From: an uncultured Cytophagia bacterium
GTDB lineage: Bacteria > Zhuqueibacterota > Zhuqueibacteria > Oceanimicrobiales > CAZGRP01
Length of the DNA stretch: 45,447 nucleotides
Direction: 5' to 3'
Assembly: GCA_964527995.1 (NCBI GenBank)
Contig: CAZGRP010000025.1
Location: 14,998-60,444 of the forward strand
The translations under genes and the position numbers were made by a program. Under the pieces are notes generated by a model, which was not told the origin of the DNA, searched no databases, and worked only from the letters and a program-made list of their open reading frames with translations. Of the stretch, positions 43,631 to 45,447 are shown one piece after another. How positions within the stretch are numbered: the first letter of the stretch is position 1; each line of letters opens with the position of its first letter.

Positions 43631-44503
43631 CTAGAAGATGAACGGTTTCGGCGCAAACGACAGCACAAAGATGATGAATGTGATCGCCCCGAGTACCTGT
43701 CGCTTCCTGTCCAACGGCGTCTCGTCCATCGTCGGCGGATGCCGGTAGCCGAAGAAGATCAGCAGCACGACCATCAAAAGCCAGCCCCAAAAGACAAAAG
43801 CACAGATGGCAACGAAGCCAACGAGAGCGACGAGGAAGACGTAACGGCTGCGGCGACCCAGGATGGCGTAGATGATGTGCCCACCGTCGAGCTGGCCGAT
43901 CGGGAGCAGGTTCAGGGCGGTAACAAACAAGCCGGTCCACCCGGCGAAGGCAAGCGGATGCAGGAAGATGTCATACCCAGTTGGCGGCGTCCCCTTGATC
44001 CAGTTGGCGATAAAACTGAAGAGCAGCGAGTCGCCCAGCGAAAAGCCGATGGTGTTCGGCGTCAGAGGCCGAATCTCAGAGAGCTGCAGGCCGAAGATGA
44101 TCGCCGGAATCGTCAAGGCCAGACCAGCGAGAGGGCCCGCGATGCCGACGTCGAAAAGTGCTTTACGGCTGGGGATGCGCGACTCCATGCGGATGACAGC
44201 GCCTAGGGTGCCGAATGGGTTCAGCGGAAATGGCAGAAAGAAGGGCAGCGTCGCTCGGATGCCGTACCGCCGGCACATCAGATAGTGCCCCATCTCGTGC
44301 GCCAGCAGGATGGAGATGATGGGCACCGCGTACCACAACCCGCCTGCAAACCACGTCGACAGGAACGTCAGCACAAAGAGCCCGGCGTTGACCCACGGCT
44401 TGTCACTGCGGAGGCGGGCGAGGATGGGGATTCTTCGATGGTAGGTGTATCCGTTGCCATCGTCCAAGATGACGGGCCTGTATTCGGGGTATTGTTCGTC
44501 CAT
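43631..44503 (-). CDS. site-2-protease-type (M50) membrane zinc metalloprotease
   Basis: 290 aa, multiple TM segments, 'LLAHEMGHYLMCRRYG' HEXXH motif in a TM helix. Confidence 0.75.
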   Translation of the reverse strand: MDEQYPEYRPVILDDGNGYTYHRRIPILARLRSDKPWVNAGLFVLTFLSTWFAGGLWYAVPIISILLAHEMGHYLMCRRYGIRATLPFFLPFPLNPFGTLGAVIRMESRIPSRKALFDVGIAGPLAGLALTIPAIIFGLQLSEIRPLTPNTIGFSLGDSLLFSFIANWIKGTPPTGYDIFLHPLAFAGWTGLFVTALNLLPIGQLDGGHIIYAILGRRSRYVFLVALVGFVAICAFVFWGWLLMVVLLIFFGYRHPPTMDETPLDRKRQVLGAITFIIFVLSFAPKPFIF

Positions 44504-44508
44504 AGAGT

Positions 44509-45309
44509 TCAGTTGCCTTTCTCGATCCGGAGCCGAAGCGTGTCGCCGGCCTGAACCCCCAGAAAGCGCGCAGCGCTGCCCTCTTTGACGGCCAATTCGA
44601 GGAGATCAGCACTGCCTAGAAGCGCCACCGGCACGCCTTGCTCCGCCTCGGCATAGCTGGAAGCCAGCCCTTGCAGTGGCCAGGAACGGTCCCCCACGCC
44701 TAAAGCGATGAAGCGCAGGTCAGCGGCCATCTCAGCCGGTACGTTGGTTATCAAATTTCCAAAGCGATCGACGTACAAAACTGTGGCGATCAGTTCGTCG
44801 CCCCTGGTGACCGGCTGGGGAACCTCGCCGCGAATGTAGTCATCGACCGTCGGCCCGACTTCATCCAGCTCGAGGCCGACGGCCAGGCGGCCTGCAAGCG
44901 GAGCAAAGATGTCACGGCCATGGAAGGTGTGGCTGACGCTAGGGAGATAGAGGCTTGTTTTCTCCACGGCGTGCACTTCGACATTACAATACTCGTGCCA
45001 GATGTATTTCAGCAAGCCGTTGTCCGGCGCCAGGAAAAGATAGCCACCTGCCCGAGCCGCAAGGATGCGGCGAGAGGTGCCCACCCCGGGATCGATCACC
45101 GCCACATGCACGGTGCCGGCAGGAAAGAATCGATGGCTGCAACGCAAAACAAAAGCCCCAGCATCCACATCATGGGGCTTTATACCGTGACTCAAGTCGA
45201 CGATTTGGGCATCCGGCGCGAACCCGAGGATCACACCCTTCATGGTGCCGACGAAGCCGTCCTGTTCGCCGAAATCCGTCAGCAGCGTGATCACTCGTGT
45301 GTCGGACAT
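44509..45309 (-). CDS. SAM hydroxide adenosyltransferase (DUF62, SalL/FlA-fold) family protein
   Basis: ORF 44509..45354. Start placed at ATG 45309. 'VITLLTDFGEQDGFVGTMKGVI' is the DUF62 N-terminal signature; 'VIDPGVG' and 'YVDRFGNLITN' follow. Confidence 0.7.
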   Translation of the reverse strand: MSDTRVITLLTDFGEQDGFVGTMKGVILGFAPDAQIVDLSHGIKPHDVDAGAFVLRCSHRFFPAGTVHVAVIDPGVGTSRRILAARAGGYLFLAPDNGLLKYIWHEYCNVEVHAVEKTSLYLPSVSHTFHGRDIFAPLAGRLAVGLELDEVGPTVDDYIRGEVPQPVTRGDELIATVLYVDRFGNLITNVPAEMAADLRFIALGVGDRSWPLQGLASSYAEAEQGVPVALLGSADLLELAVKEGSAARFLGVQAGDTLRLRIEKGN

Positions 45310-45447
45310 TCCCTCGTGCTCATTCAGACAAAACCGGAACGTGTCCCTCGCCAACCAAACCGGATAACCTCTACTGACAAAAATAGATACATGGCTCTAA
45401 ACAGTCAAGTGTTTTTTCCGCTTCGACACACCTTTCGGCCTTCCCCC

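Noticed and set aside
1-45447. CRISPR arrays, rRNA, IS elements, toxin-antitoxin pairs or known defence-system genes
   Set aside because: No spacer-repeat periodicity, no transposase/integrase-like ORFs, and no nuclease/ATPase defence signatures were seen on either strand.

Overview
GC-rich segment (by eye low-to-mid 60s % GC, with sharply AT-rich intergenic islands) from a bacterium of the Fibrobacteres-Chlorobi-Bacteroidetes (FCB) group. The lineage call rests on two secreted proteins that end in TIGR04183-type T9SS C-terminal sorting domains. I call 32 protein-coding genes and one tRNA-Leu(CAA). There are no rRNA genes, CRISPR arrays, IS elements or integrases. The window is dominated by a carbohydrate and sugar-acid utilisation island. 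It encodes a heparinase II/III-like polysaccharide lyase, GHL10 and other TIM-barrel glycoside-hydrolase-like proteins, an AGE-fold (alpha/alpha)6 protein, mannonate dehydratase UxuA, a PfkB (KdgK-like) kinase, an FAH-family 2-keto-3-deoxy-acid hydratase/dehydratase, three Gfo/Idh/MocA oxidoreductases, an aldo-keto reductase, an SSF symporter, and an Nramp-fold transporter that lacks the canonical metal-binding motif. Also present are three paralogous NPP-type (type I phosphodiesterase / nucleotide pyrophosphatase) proteins, one of them fused to SPFH and TPR domains. Two DegT-family aminotransferase paralogs occur; one sits beside a Tat-exported class-V PLP enzyme and one beside a SurA-like lipoprotein chaperone. 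A ROK-family regulator is encoded. The most striking non-coding signal is a recurring AT-rich AACTT/AAGTT inverted-repeat operator embedded in four promoter regions that share one architecture: A/T tract, TTGACA, 17 bp spacer, TAACTT/TAAGTT-type -10. Two of these regions are back-to-back divergent promoters and one precedes the ROK gene itself, which suggests a single regulon. Other signals are a GAGTCA/TGACTC repeat array upstream of a lipoprotein plus T9SS M6 metalloprotease pair, and a near-consensus sigma70 promoter for tRNA-Leu. A strong bidirectional terminator hairpin lies between the T9SS M6 protease gene and a small sigma70-region-4-like HTH gene that converges on it from downstream of tRNA-Leu. 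All functional calls come from motif-level reading of the translations; no database search was possible.
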